64,000 nt of DNA from assembly GCA_032718475.1 (NCBI GenBank), contig JAUCBJ010000709.1, forward strand, positions 2,866 through 66,865. Reading direction: 5' to 3'. The stretch comes from Nemertoderma westbladi (taxonomy: Eukaryota > Animalia > Xenacoelomorpha). Below the pieces are notes generated by a model. That model did no database searches. It was not told where the DNA came from and saw only the letters and a list, made by a program, of their open reading frames with translations. This document shows, piece after piece, positions 1-12,141 of this stretch (positions are counted from its first letter, which is position 1; each line of letters opens with the position of its first letter). Both the position numbers and the translations under genes were made by a program.

Positions 1-3000
1 TAAGAATGCTGTGCCGGCTTGTCGACAAAATTGCACCGCCACAACTCCCTATCACCCATGACATTTACTAGATCATCTGCATCTTCAAGGCCAGTTTCCT
101 TTAAGATGCGTCTCAAGAAAGTCATGGGCTGTCCACCATGCTTATTCACTCCATGAGGCTGCCAAAGTACAAGATTATGCACTGGCTGGTCCTCACGGCG
201 AAAACAATGTCCTGCAAAGCGGAGGCGACTTTGTTCCAGTGTCAAGCTTGGGGGAACCAATGAGACACCTCCTATGTTATATAGTATCTGGTTGGAGATG
301 TGTGCATTGTACTTTAGACAATGAACTCGGCGTAGCATTTTTGTAAATGTGCAATCCAGAGATTGGTGTCCTCAGCAGTTAGATCCCAGTATGGACTCCC
401 ATAGAGGAGTACTGGAACTACTGCTGCTCTAAATAATCGGACCTTAAGTTTCCGATTAATTCTCTGTGACTTCCAAATCCTGGAAAGCCTATTCAAGGCC
501 GCCCATGCCTTTCCCTTACGTATTCGGATGTCCTCACCTGACTTCCGGATCCATGATCCCAGGTAACAGAAGTCAACCACATGCTCAAGCATACCATCCT
601 TTGAGCGTATGCTCATCCGGTCAGAGACTTGCTGGGGACTTTCCAAGTTTACTGTCAAAATTTCGGTCTTTTTTGAGTTAATAAAAAGACCAACACTAGA
701 AGCAGCCTGTTCCAATGAGCTGAGGAGCCGTTGGGCTCCCTCTAGTGATTCTGGGAGTACTCCTAAGTCATCAGCAAAGTCTAGGTCAGTTAGGTACTTG
801 GCAGGATTCCCTCGACTTCTGGAGCCAGTAGGTGGAGTTATCATCACCCCATCATCATTATGATGATCTAAGGACATGCGTAGAACATAGTTAACCACAA
901 TTATGAACAAGAATGGCGCAAGTGTATCTCCTTGGAGGACTCCCCATAATACTTCAAATGGTTCTGTGTCACCATCAACAGTAGATATAAATGTTGTCGA
1001 ACCATTGTATACTGATATGATTGCTGCAATAATTTCATCAGGAATCCCATATAATGAAAGTATGTTGAACATACGTGAGCGAGAGACTGAATCAGAGGCA
1101 TGAAGAAGTCAACAAAGATAACAGCCAGATGCCTGTCTTTCTTTTTTGATAACTCTTCAATTATCCTTCTTAGTGCCAAAATGAGCTCCATGGTCCCACG
1201 ACCTTTACGGAACCCATTCTGATTTCCACGGAGCAGTCTCTCAATGGGATCCCTGATGCGATTTAATAGAATTCTATTGTATAGCTTTGCAGCAATCGAG
1301 ATCAATGAGATTCCCCGAAAAGAACCATAGAGTGTTAGGTTACCCTTCTTGGGAACTGGCACCAACTTATATGTTTTCATTTCTTGTGGGACTCTTGTTG
1401 TTCGGTACATGTCTACTATGATGGGATAGATGAGCTTTAACACTCAGGTACTTTAAAGACCTCAGGGGGAACACCATCTACTCCACTGGAGCGATTAGTT
1501 TTAATGCTCTTTACAGCAGCCTTCACTTCTGCAAAGGAGATATCGCCAATGGGAATATCTGGGAGTACAGACTCAGACACTTTTACATCTATAAAGTTAT
1601 CAGGCAATACCCTGTCATTATTGAGGAGCTTTTCAAAGTGGGCTTTCCAACCATTGAGGCGATCGGCTTGTGATTCAGCCTTAACCTTGGTGGTTGGTTG
1701 GCTTTTCCGCCCAGGAAGAAAGTTGATAGATTTCCATGCCTGGGATGATTGCCTGCTGTCGTCAGCATCATTTATGGCATCAACCTGTTGGTTTATTAGC
1801 TCCTGTAGATTAACAGAGTACTGCCTGTTCTGTTCAGGGACCTAGATGCACTCTTAACTGCATTCTTGACCGCTGTAGTCTATTTGAGTCAGGACTCTTT
1901 GTGCGCCTAATAGAGGTCATTTCGGCACTTCTGAATTTTGTGGTCAGTCCAGGGGGCCCTTTTCTTGTTTCGAAGGTATACAGGAACTGTTTCTGCAGCT
2001 GCTAACTTAACTGCTTCTGTGAAGGCAGTATAGCCCTCGCAGTGATCTGCCACCTCAGAGGCAAGAACCTCATACCTGTTGCTCAGCTGTAATGTGATGG
2101 GATTAGTCCTACAATTGCGCCAATAAAAGATAAGTTATTTTCGGTAAAATAAACTTATCATTCGAGGTTAAGACCCCTAGATCCCTTCCTATAATAAATG
2201 TATAATAACAAACACCTCGAAAAATACAGCTTGCCAACACATTGTTACTATCAATAATACAAGCTGGATCTCACACTTGGCTGTTGCAACAGAGAGGATC
2301 AGTCATGCCGCGGCAAGGCAGATTTCGTTGTTCTGCTAGCACGCTGGTTAAGTCTTACCTTGGCCACAATAAGTCTGTGATCACTTGAGAAGGGTCGAAG
2401 TGTAAATGCATTACAGTCTTGTATAGGAGCTCCTTTAGTTCCTACGAAACAGAATATGGTCTATCTGGGACTTGTGACCACTGGGTCCACTATGAGTCCA
2501 TAGCTTTCCAGTTCGCTTCTTGAACTGGGTTCCAGCCGAAAACAATCCATTTCCAGAGATAAAATCCTGAAGATGGACGCAATTTCGGTTAACACTATCG
2601 CTATAGACCCAGGGCGATGTAGGTGATTGATGCAGACTTGCATTAAAGTCTCCCAGGAATGTTAAGAATGCATGCTGATCCACTCCATCAGTAGCTGCTT
2701 GTAGATTGTGGTAGAAATTTTCCACCTCCTCTACAGGGGCAACACTAGTTGGAGACTAGCACACAATCAGAACCACCTCAGGAAACTTCTTAGCCAGTCT
2801 TCCAGAACATGAGAAGTGGCAACGGATGATGCGGTTAGAGATTTGGTCTATATTGTCCAATGCTGAATGTGCAGTTTGATTCATCAATTAATAGACCAAT
2901 TCCACCATTACCACCCACTATCATCTGCTGATGCGAGGGCGAGTCACCAACCGCCCCCCATGTCCTTAATCAGAACCTCATCAGTCTGTCCAGTCTGCAT

Positions 3001-3850
3001 TAGGTGCTCTTGAATACCCACTGCGCTAAGAGAAAGCTTATCTGCCAAGGCAGTCAGCTCACCTTGTCGCATTGGGGACCCGAATGTTAGGGTGTTAACT
3101 GAGGCTTGTCTAGTGACTTGCCTCAGATTCACCAATGGCTTGGTTGGCCGGGGTGGAACATGAGAGTAGCCTCCAACTCAAGAATCCCTCTTCCCCTCAC
3201 AATCTGGCCTCCCTGGTGACCAAGGGTTTGCGCCAGAAAGGTCATCAGGAAAGGAACTCATAGAATTGTTGGCCGCTCTCTCTCCAGTCGGCGGTGAGGC
3301 AGGCAGCCGGTCAAGAGATAACTGACGCCTGGGAGGCCGATTGTGTCCGGTAATTCCACTGGCCTCTAGTGGCCGGACCTTCGCATTGCTAATGTAATCC
3401 ATAGTGGGGGTTGTGGGGTGCTTTTTTGCCGAGACAGCTCTCGGGGCAAATACTACACCCTGGTTTGCCATTCCACAGGGTGGGTGTCGCAGTGGAGTCA
3501 GATTTGAGGCCCATCACCCATACCTACTCTGACATGAACCACCATTGGCTGTGCAGCTCATCTGCTGGGCCATGCCCTGTACCCTTGCTTCCAGGTGCAG
3601 GTCGCAGTTAAGTGCACTCAGAGTGGACATGAGAACTCTCTACTCCTGACCAGCCATTGGTAGATCACCATCTGCCTGGCCAGGCCACATACCCCTGCAT
3701 CCAAGTATATGGCCAGGACCAATGGCGTCCTTATCCCAGAACGAAGCTGGTCCTAGTTATAGGACCAGATTTGCCCTAGTAAGAGGGTCTATGCAGCCAC
3801 AGGTGGCACTTTATGCTGCATGGAGGTGGCAAGTTTTCTTGATCAATGAC
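1..3850 (-). mobile_element. RTE-clade non-LTR retrotransposon, near full length, degenerate (APE endonuclease + RT)
   Basis: APE pieces (2944-3135 'GIQEH', 2435-2725 'LGDFNA...SQIDHIL'), RT pieces (901-1443 'RGISLIS...NQNGFRKGRG'; 314-1072 'GVLQGDTLAPFLF...DLDFADD') broken by frameshifts. The 5' boundary is approximate. Confidence 0.9.
2094..2258 (+). mobile_element. 165-bp fragment of the 411-bp hammerhead repeat family inserted in the RTE ORF
   Basis: Near-identical to 13758-13925. Flanked by TAAT on both sides; removing it restores the RTE frame (…IQLVLQLSNRYEVL on the minus strand). Confidence 0.9.
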
Positions 3851-3950
3851 ATAGAATACCTGACCTGACCTGACCTGGCCGACTGTTTTCTTTTACACCA
3901 ACAGCTGACTTCCTTTTATGTAATTTAGTCAAATTATCAAAATTTAAAAA

Positions 3951-4215
3951 ATGGTGGCAGATAATTCTACAGTTCAATTTGTTGCTCCTACAGTGTCCGA
4001 AAAGTCCATCGATGACGCGATTATGATGGTGATACAGATGTGTATGGGAAGCATTGGAATTGTTCTCAATGGCTTTATTGTTTTTGTCTATGCCATGGTT
4101 CGAAACGATATCACAAATTTTGACATTTACATTATCTTTCAAAGTTTAGTTGATGGTATATCAGCTGTGATTTACTTAATAAACACCGGGATTGATAAAC
4201 CAAGTTATATTTTAG
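3951..4215 (+). CDS. Rhodopsin-class (7TM) orphan GPCR, coding exon 1 of 6 (TM1-TM2)
   Basis: MVADNST…GIVLNGFIVFV (TM1 Asn)…FQSLVDG (TM2 Asp); GT donor at 4216, phase 1. The six exons splice to 915 nt (304 aa + stop). Confidence 0.85.
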
Positions 4216-4620
4216 GTATGTAAATAATAATACAACAAACCCTGTCAATATCCTTAGGTATTATAAGTGTGAGGAACGGTGCAGGGTTGAGGAGGCATTC
4301 AAACATCCTAATCTCAAACAGTCACTGATTGGTGGACAAATGGCCTACCAATCATATATCGCTTGAATTTATGTGCTTTTAATGGCAATAATTATGCCAT
4401 TAAAGACTCCTAATTTCAAGTTTAGGGATTGTTTATAATGTTGGCGGGAGGATTAAAAATAAAATAATTGACAGACATAAAACCTGTTCTGTAAGCAAGA
4501 AAGTAATTTGGTTGTGGTGTTTTAATAAATAAATCAAATAAGAATTAAGAATTAAGAATGTACTAGAATGACGTGCAATTATAATAGTCTCTATTGGTTG
4601 CATATTCAAATATTTTAATC

Positions 4621-4792
4621 GTCCAATCAGAGACTCGACTGCTTGAAATTAGGATGTTCTAACGTCTCCGTCCAATCAGAGACTGCTCAAAATTAGGATG
4701 TTCTAAAGCCTCCGTCCAATCAGAGACTGCTTGAAATTAGGATGTTCTAAAGCCTCCGTCCAATCAGAGACTGCTTGAAATTAGGATGTTTT
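4621..4792. repeat. ~44-bp tandem repeat, about 4 copies
   Basis: GTCCAATCAGAGACTGCTTGAAATTAGGATGTTCTAAAGCCTCC repeated. Confidence 0.8.
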
Positions 4793-6071
4793 AACTCTTC
4801 CTGGCCTTATTGTTGGTCCATTTACGAATTATATAACATCTCTCAAGCTCAGTATAAATATGCCATTAGAAGAGTTAAATGGAACACAGCAGGAACTTAC
4901 ATAAAATTGGGTCCATGTGAATTATACACCTGAAATGTGTATGTATGTAAAGTATGTATTTATATTCCAGGGCATGGTGTGTATGTCAGTAGGGTTGGTT
5001 TGCAAAAAAATAGTTGGACTAGAAACAATTGAATAAGGAGGAACAAGGTGCTCTCAATCGGGTGGCCGGGTGTGATTTTTGTAAAAACACGAAGGAAAAG
5101 TCGAAATGGCGGGTTTAAATAAGCGCGGAATCCCAATTTTGAAAATCGGCTGTGATTGGATGCTACAGATTTGACGTCATTATAAAGTAATTAAAAAGAT
5201 GATTTCTTATCTTCGTTTCTATGGAGAGAGATTTTCGATCGATTCAAATACATATTAAATTTCAATGATTTACACGTGGCTTATATTAATTGAAAGCGGA
5301 GAGTCTTGCGCGTCTTTTGAAACTACAATTAATTAAATTCATGGTGATGAACATTGATAAAATGCTGTTTCCGGCAGCAACACTACATTACAAGCTGTAT
5401 TGATTACGGTTAGGCCTACAGATTCGATTTAAAATTACATTAAACTTGTAATTCCGGTCAGCAGGTAGTATAATAATTGGTAGGGCTACACTACTTGAAT
5501 ATTAAAAATGTGTACCAGTAGCGTACCTCTATTTCAAATCCTTACGCTACTACTACGCAACACATCATGAAATGGTGCCTGGGATTGGTTAATGAGCTAT
5601 ACTTTGATTGGATGTTAAAATCATGTAAGGAATGGAGAGAGGGGTCGAACTAGTAGTGTAAGGGTTTTATACTCAGTTTGCAGGTAGAAAGTGTTCCAAA
5701 CGCTGTAAGGGATGGAGAAAATGTGTGAAATCATGTAAGGGTTATCTTCCTATTAAACGGTTCATTGTCAGGTAACAGTAAAAATATATACGAATAACAA
5801 TATACAGTACATATATTCAGATTGGAAATCACGTTGTATAAGGAATCGTTTTACAGAGCATTCTCCTTGATTTTTCTGATGGAAAAGATCGTAGTAATAT
5901 AGTAGCTAGCTTTATTGATAGTATTTAATATTGATATTTTTTCATTTGATGTTCATATTTAAAAGCATTTCACAATTTGTAAACATAAATACTCCAATGA
6001 AATAAACTCTCACTCAATAAACTCAATAAATTTTGCATTTATGTTTATCGACAGGTTTCTACGGCGCATTT

Positions 6072-7924
6072 GAGCGCGTCGAGACATATCAAGTACCATG
6101 AGGTCGGCCAGCAGACATCCGTTTACTTCCTATTGTACGAGCGCGTCGAGACATATCAAGTACCATGAGGTCGGCCAGCAGACATCCGTTTACTTCCTAT
6201 TGTACGAGCGTGTCGAGACATATCAAGTACCATGAGGTCGGCCAGCAGACATCCGTTTACTTCCTATTGTACGAGCGTGTCGAGACATATCAAGTACCAT
6301 GAGGTCGGCCAGCAGACATCCGTTTACTTCCTATTGTATGAGCGCGTCGAGACATATCAAGTACCATGAGGTCGGCCAGCAGACATCCGTTTACTTCCTA
6401 TTGTACGAGCGTGTCGAGACATATCAAGTACCATGAGGTCGGCCAGCAGACATCCGTTTACTTCCTATTGTATGAGCGCGTCGAGACATATCAAGTACGA
6501 TGAGGTCGGCCAGCAGACATCCGTTTACTTCCTATTGTACGAGCGTGTCGAGACATATCAAGTACCATGAGGTCGGCCAGCAGACATCCGTTTACTTCCT
6601 ATTGTATGAGCGCGTCGAGACATATCAAGTACCATGAGGTCGGCCAGCAGACATCCGTTTACTTCCTATTGTACGAGCGCGTCGAGACAATCAAGTACGA
6701 TGAGGTCGGCCAGCAGACATCCGTTTACTTCCTATTGTACGAGCGCGTCGAGACATATCAAGTACCATGAGGTCGGCCAGCAGACATCCGTTTACTTCCT
6801 ATTGTACGAGCGCGTCGAGACATATCAAGTACCATGAGGTCGGCCAGCAGACATCCGTTTACTTCCTATTGTACGAGCGCGTCGAGACATATCAAGTACC
6901 ATGAGGTCGGCCAGCAGACATCCGTTTACTTCCTATTGTACGAGCGCGTCGAGACATATCAAGTACCATGAGGTCGGCCAGCAGACATCCGTTTACTTCC
7001 TATTGTACGAGCGCGTCGAGACATATCAAGTACCATGAGGTCGGCCAGCAGACATCCGTTTACTTCCTATTGTACGAGCGCGTCGAGACATATCAAGTAC
7101 CATGAGGTCGGCCAGCAGACATCCGTTTACTTCCTATTGTACGAGCGCGTCGAGACATATCAAGTACCATGAGGTCGGCCAGCAGACATCCGTTTACTTC
7201 CTATTGTACGAGCGCGTCGAGACATATCAAGTACCATGAGGTCGGCCAGCAGACATCCGTTTACTTCCTATTGTACGAGTGCGTCGAGACATATCAAGTA
7301 CCATGAGGTCGGCCAGCAGACATCCGTTTACTTCCTATTGTACGAGCGCGTCGAGACATATCAAGTACCATGAGGTCGGCCAGCAGACATCCGTTTACTT
7401 CCTATTGTACGAGCGCGTCGAGACAATCAAGTACCACGAGGTCGGCCAGCAGACATCCGTTTACTTCCTATTGTACGAGCGCGTCGAGACATATCAAGTA
7501 CCATGAGGTCGGCCAGCAGACATCCGTTTACTTCCTATTGTACGAGCGCGTCGAGACAATCAAGTACCATGAGGTCGGCCAGCAGACATCCGTTTACTTC
7601 CTATTGTACGAGCGCGTCGAGACAATCAAGTACCATGAGGTCGGCCAGCAGACATCCGTTTACTTCCTATTGTACGAGCGCGTCGAGACATATCAAGTAC
7701 CATGAGGTCGGCCAGCAGACATCCGTTTACTTCCTATTGTACGAGCGCGTCGAGACATATCAAGTACCATGAGGTCGGCCAGCAGACATCCGTTTACTCC
7801 CTATCAAGTACCATGAGGTCGGCCAGCAGACATCCGTTTACTTCCTATTGTACGAGCGCGCCGAGACATATCAAGTATCATGAGGTCGGCCAGCAGACAT
7901 CCGTTTACTTCCTATTGTACGAGC
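6072..7924. repeat. 67-bp tandem satellite, about 27 copies, in GPCR intron 1
   Basis: Unit GAGCGCGTCGAGACATATCAAGTACCATGAGGTCGGCCAGCAGACATCCGTTTACTTCCTATTGTAC; near-identical copies with no spacers. Confidence 0.97.
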
Positions 7925-8617
7925 TACTCGTTGGCGCGCTGCTAGTTCAGTTGGCTGCACACGAATAGCAGACCTAAGTAAACCTACAGTCTAACACTTG
8001 AACTCTGTGTAAATAGGAATGTATCCCTAGACACTAGTAGTCAATGTTCCAATCGTTTTACCATAAGCATGCAACCCTGTATAAACCATAACAACAATGT
8101 TCTATTATAGGCCTACTGACTAGGCTAATGTCACCTGCTGCTGCTAGCTTACTCTTCTAAATACTGTTGGTATAATAACCCTTACATAATTTCACCCACT
8201 TTCTCTATTCCTTACAGCGTTTGGAACACTTTGTCTCTATCTGCCATCTACAGTAAGTAAAAAAAAACCCTTACACACTAGTTCGACCCCTATCTCCATT
8301 ACTTACATGATTACATGCAAACATGCCGTAAAAGCTTTAAAGTGCTAATTATGAGCAATGGCGAATATTATTTTATTTATTTGAGGATAATTATTTGTAG
8401 TTAGGCACTTAACTTTCTAGATCAACCTAATAATGACGCGATGACATACTGGATATACTGGAAATACATAGTAAATTCATCGCGTAGGGACATACTGAGA
8501 AATAATGTCGCACTGCGATATAAAGTTGGAAAATATGTCGCCCTGGCGATTTGGTAGTGCGATATTTATTCCATACATATAAATAAAATCGTATTTTTAC
8601 AGTCACCCAATAAGAAG

Positions 8618-9077
8618 TGAGGGTACTGAGGGTCAAATCCAGGCTGCACCCCTGAGGGTACTGAGGGTCAAATCCAGGCTGCACCCCTGAGGGTACTGAG
8701 GGTCAAATCCAGGCTGCACCCCTGAGGGTACTGAGGGTCAAATCCAGGCTGCACCCCTGAGGGTACTGAGGGTCAAATCCAGGCTGCACCCCTGAGGGTA
8801 CTGAGGGTCAAATCCAGGCTGCACCCCTGAGGGTACTGAGGGTCAAATCCAGGCTGCACCCCTGAGGGTACTGAGGGTCAAATCCAGGCTGCACCCCTGA
8901 GGGTACTGAGGGTCAAATCCAGGCTGCACCCCTGAGGGTACTGAGGGTCAAATCCAGGCTGCACCCCTGAGGGTACTGAGGGTCAAATCCAGGCTGCACC
9001 CCTGAGGGTACTGAGGGTCAAATCCAGGCTGCACCCCTGAGGGTACTGAGACTGCACCCCTGAGGGTACTGAGGGTA
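8618..9077. repeat. 35-bp minisatellite, about 13 copies
   Basis: Unit GAGGGTACTGAGGGTCAAATCCAGGCTGCACCCCT. Confidence 0.97.
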
Positions 9078-9130
9078 CCGGGTATATTATTTATAGTAAA
9101 TATTAAGTTACTACTATTCTATTATTACAG

Positions 9131-9204
9131 GTGCAAGTTATGTAGCTGGCAGATTATATTGCAGTTTAATTTGGAACAGTCAGTTATTATGGATGACATA
9201 TATG
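9131..9204 (+). CDS. GPCR coding exon 2 (ECL1/TM3 start)
   Basis: ttacag|GT GCA…; GASYVAGRLYCSLIWNSQLLWMTYM with the conserved TM3 Cys; |gtaagt donor. Confidence 0.85.
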
Positions 9205-9477
9205 GTAAGTTTATCAACCTTTCCCGACTAGCTATTTTATCAGCTGGATGTCGATGTCAACTCTACTACTAACACATACGCCCATGTGAAGTTTCCTATT
9301 CCCAGCAAAAAAAATCATATGGGAAAGGAATTTGGCCCATTCACTATCATTAGGCAACTTTAGAATTGTCCACCATCAAGGAAAGTTCACATGGGGGTAT
9401 TTTGGTATTCACGTGCTGCGCGAAGTCCTCCTTTTTAGGGGGGGTGGTCTGTTGATCAGTAGGTCGGTTGGTGAGTG

Positions 9478-10098
9478 AGAAGGTGGGTGGGTGGGTGGGA
9501 AGGTGGATGGATGGGAATGTGGGAAGATGGGAATGTGGGAAGGTGGGAATGTAGGACTATGGGAATGTGGGAAGGTGGACGGAATTGCGGGAAGATGGGA
9601 ATATGTGAATGTGGGATGATGGGAATGTGGGAAGGTGGATGGGAATGTGGGAATGTAGGAAGATTAAAATTTGGGAACATGGGAAGGTGGATGAGATTGT
9701 GGGAAGGTGGATGGAAATGTAGAAAGTTGGCAATGTGGGAAGGTGGGTGGGAATGTAGGAAGATGGGAATGTGGGAAGGTGGATGGGAATGTGGGTTGGC
9801 CGGAAGGTGGGTGGGAATGTGGGAATGTAGGAAGATTGAAATTTGAGAAGGTGGGAAGGTGGGTGGGAATGTGGGAAAGACGGTGGGAATGTAGGAAGAT
9901 TGAATTTTGGGAAGGCGGGAAAGTGGGTGGGAATGTAGGAAGATGGGAATGTGAGAAGATGGAAACGTGGGAAGGTGGATGGAAATGTGTGAAGCTGGGA
10001 ATGTTAGAGGATAGGAATGTGGGAAGGTGGGAAGGTGATAAGATGGGAATGGTGAAGGTGGATGGGAATGGGGGAAGGTGTCAAGGTGGGAAGGTGAA
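9478..10098 (+). repeat. G-rich degenerate simple repeat (GGGAATGT/GGGAAGGT)
   Basis: Dense GGG runs on the + strand. Confidence 0.9.
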
Positions 10099-10363
10099 GT
10101 TAAAAGGTTTATTGTTAACCATGCTTTCTATTATGATTTGGTTTGCACAGCTGAATGATACATGCCATGCCAGATGTTGTTGGATCACCTAACCATTAAC
10201 AACCAAAATATAGCCAAGAAATTATTCTCTGAAAAAAGGATCACCACACATTTCCTCAAGTTGAACACTCCGCGAGAAAAAATTACATTTGTCACGTAAA
10301 AATTCATTCCACCCAGGAACATTAAATGGAACGTATTTATATATTTAATTATTTTATTTCCAG

Positions 10364-10527
10364 GTTTCTGCATTCAGTTTATGTGTGATTACCACAGATC
10401 GGTTGCTTCTTATTGTTCACCCGATAATGTATCAGAGGAAAATGAAGGCGAAATTTACTTTTCTTTTTATTTTCATAGCGATTTTGCTTGGCTTTGCTTT
10501 TCAAATTCCTGCTTGGGATGCTATCGG
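10364..10527 (+). CDS. GPCR coding exon 3 (TM3-TM4)
   Basis: ttccag|VSAFSLCVITTDRLLLIVHPIMY… (DRY-equivalent DRL, followed by HP..Y); phase-2 donor matches exon 4. Confidence 0.85.
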
Positions 10528-11116
10528 GTTGGTTACTTGCTTGATTTGATATTCAGTTTTCTCATACAGTAGTTGTAGAATACACTGTGCATGGAGGCTG
10601 ATACTTGAAGTAAGTGCAAATGTTGTACGGGTAATATTTTTAAACTTTGATATAACGGAAAGGGATGCGCGAGACGGTCAGAAAAGTTTATGCATCTTAA
10701 GATTTTATTAATTTTTTGTCTTACCTTTTTTATCAGAGAGGAGCCAGCATTCCCCCAAATAATAAGTTCATAGTTTATATAGGGTGCACGAGCAAAAATA
10801 ATTAAGTTTTAGGATACGTAGACCAAAAAAGTGTCGCAACTTATAAAAAATACCAGCTGTTTTAGATAACTTTGATAAGACATATGTTATATGGGTGTTC
10901 CAGGATAACTTTTGATCCATTTGAATTCTTAGGTACTTACCGACGGTGACATTGTTAAAGATTTATTGTTAATTTTTAAAGATTTTAGAATTTGGGATCT
11001 TTCTGGTTAGTTTCATTCAGTTATTCAAGAAGTTTTGGTTTTAATACTGTAATGAAATACTGCTAACTTAAGGGAACTTTGAACAACAAACTCCCTATAT
11101 ATTTTTTTTCTTCTAG

Positions 11117-11274
11117 ATTTGATGATGATTATAAATGCATAAGATATAGAATGCCTTGGCTCCCGCTATATTTTGTTGTAATACGTCCATTTCCACAAGT
11201 TATTTACATGGGAATCTGTTATGCAGCAATATATCTGAAACTTATTGCTTCTGGAAAGGCCTCTTCAATAAAAG
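11117..11274 (+). CDS. GPCR coding exon 4 (ECL2-TM5)
   Basis: ttctag|…FDDDYKCIRY…PFPQVIYMGICYAAIYLKL…K G|gtatgt. Confidence 0.85.
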
Positions 11275-11491
11275 GTATGTTTATGGTAAGAACCGAGTTC
11301 ACTGGTTTCTGATAAATATTTATTACCTTATGTAATGTATCAGTTCATCTATGAATGTGAATATAGGTAATGGACAAATCTGACAGGAAATTTTGATATT
11401 GCCACAGACACTGTAATCTCAAAAAACTTTTTAATATTACTCTTCCTTCGGGGCATTGCTGCATATTGTACAGGAATTTTGTTAATTACAG

Positions 11492-11607
11492 GAGATAAAA
11501 GGTCTACAAATATTATTCGCACAGCTTTGATTTGTTCAATTTTCTTTGGTATTTGTTGGATTCCAAATTCGATTACCCAAATTCAAAGATTTGTCACAGG
11601 ATACGTG
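11492..11607 (+). CDS. GPCR coding exon 5 (TM6)
   Basis: ttacag|…NIIRTALICSIFFGICWIPNSI (CWxP motif)…GYV|gtaagt. Confidence 0.88.
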
Positions 11608-11951
11608 GTAAGTGACCATCAGTACTATTAAAGCAAGTACAGATAGTGTAGACGGGACTATCTACTTTATTATTATACATTATTTTTTATAATATTTTTT
11701 ATATTATTGTTTTTCATATTATTATTCTATTTTTTTTTTCAAACTTTAACATTGATAAAAAAAATATGTGAGCCGAAAACTATAGGACCTACAGCACAAC
11801 TATAGGACATTTAATATTTTGCTATATTTTTCCTGGAATCCCCCGATGAAACAGCCTGATGTTGTATAGAGTTCGATTCGAGAAGTGATCTTTGTACTTG
11901 ACACAATGAACCCGGCGTAGCATTCTTGTGAATGTGCCATCCAGAGATTTG

Positions 11952-12141
11952 ATTATTGATAGTAACAATGTGTTGGCAAGCTGTATTTTTCGAGGTGTTT
12001 GTTATTATACATTTATTATTATAGGAAGGGATCTAGGGGTCTTAACCTCGAATGATAAGTTTATTTTACCGAAAATAACTTATCTTTTATTGGCGCAATT
12101 GTAGGACTAATCCCATCACATGCGTACTTTTTAACCGGGTA
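11952..12141 (-). repeat. Inverted partial copy (~190 bp) of the 411-bp hammerhead repeat unit
   Basis: Reverse complement of about 13736-13925. Confidence 0.92.

Noticed and set aside
3140-3850. HDV-like ribozyme in the RTE 5' UTR (known in some RTE elements)
   Set aside because: Several hairpins are visible, but I could not build the nested double pseudoknot by eye; a descriptor search is needed.
6072-7924. CRISPR-like regular repeats (also the 85-, 35-, 27- and 23-bp arrays)
   Set aside because: Units are contiguous and identical with no unique spacers, there are no cas genes, and the context is eukaryotic.
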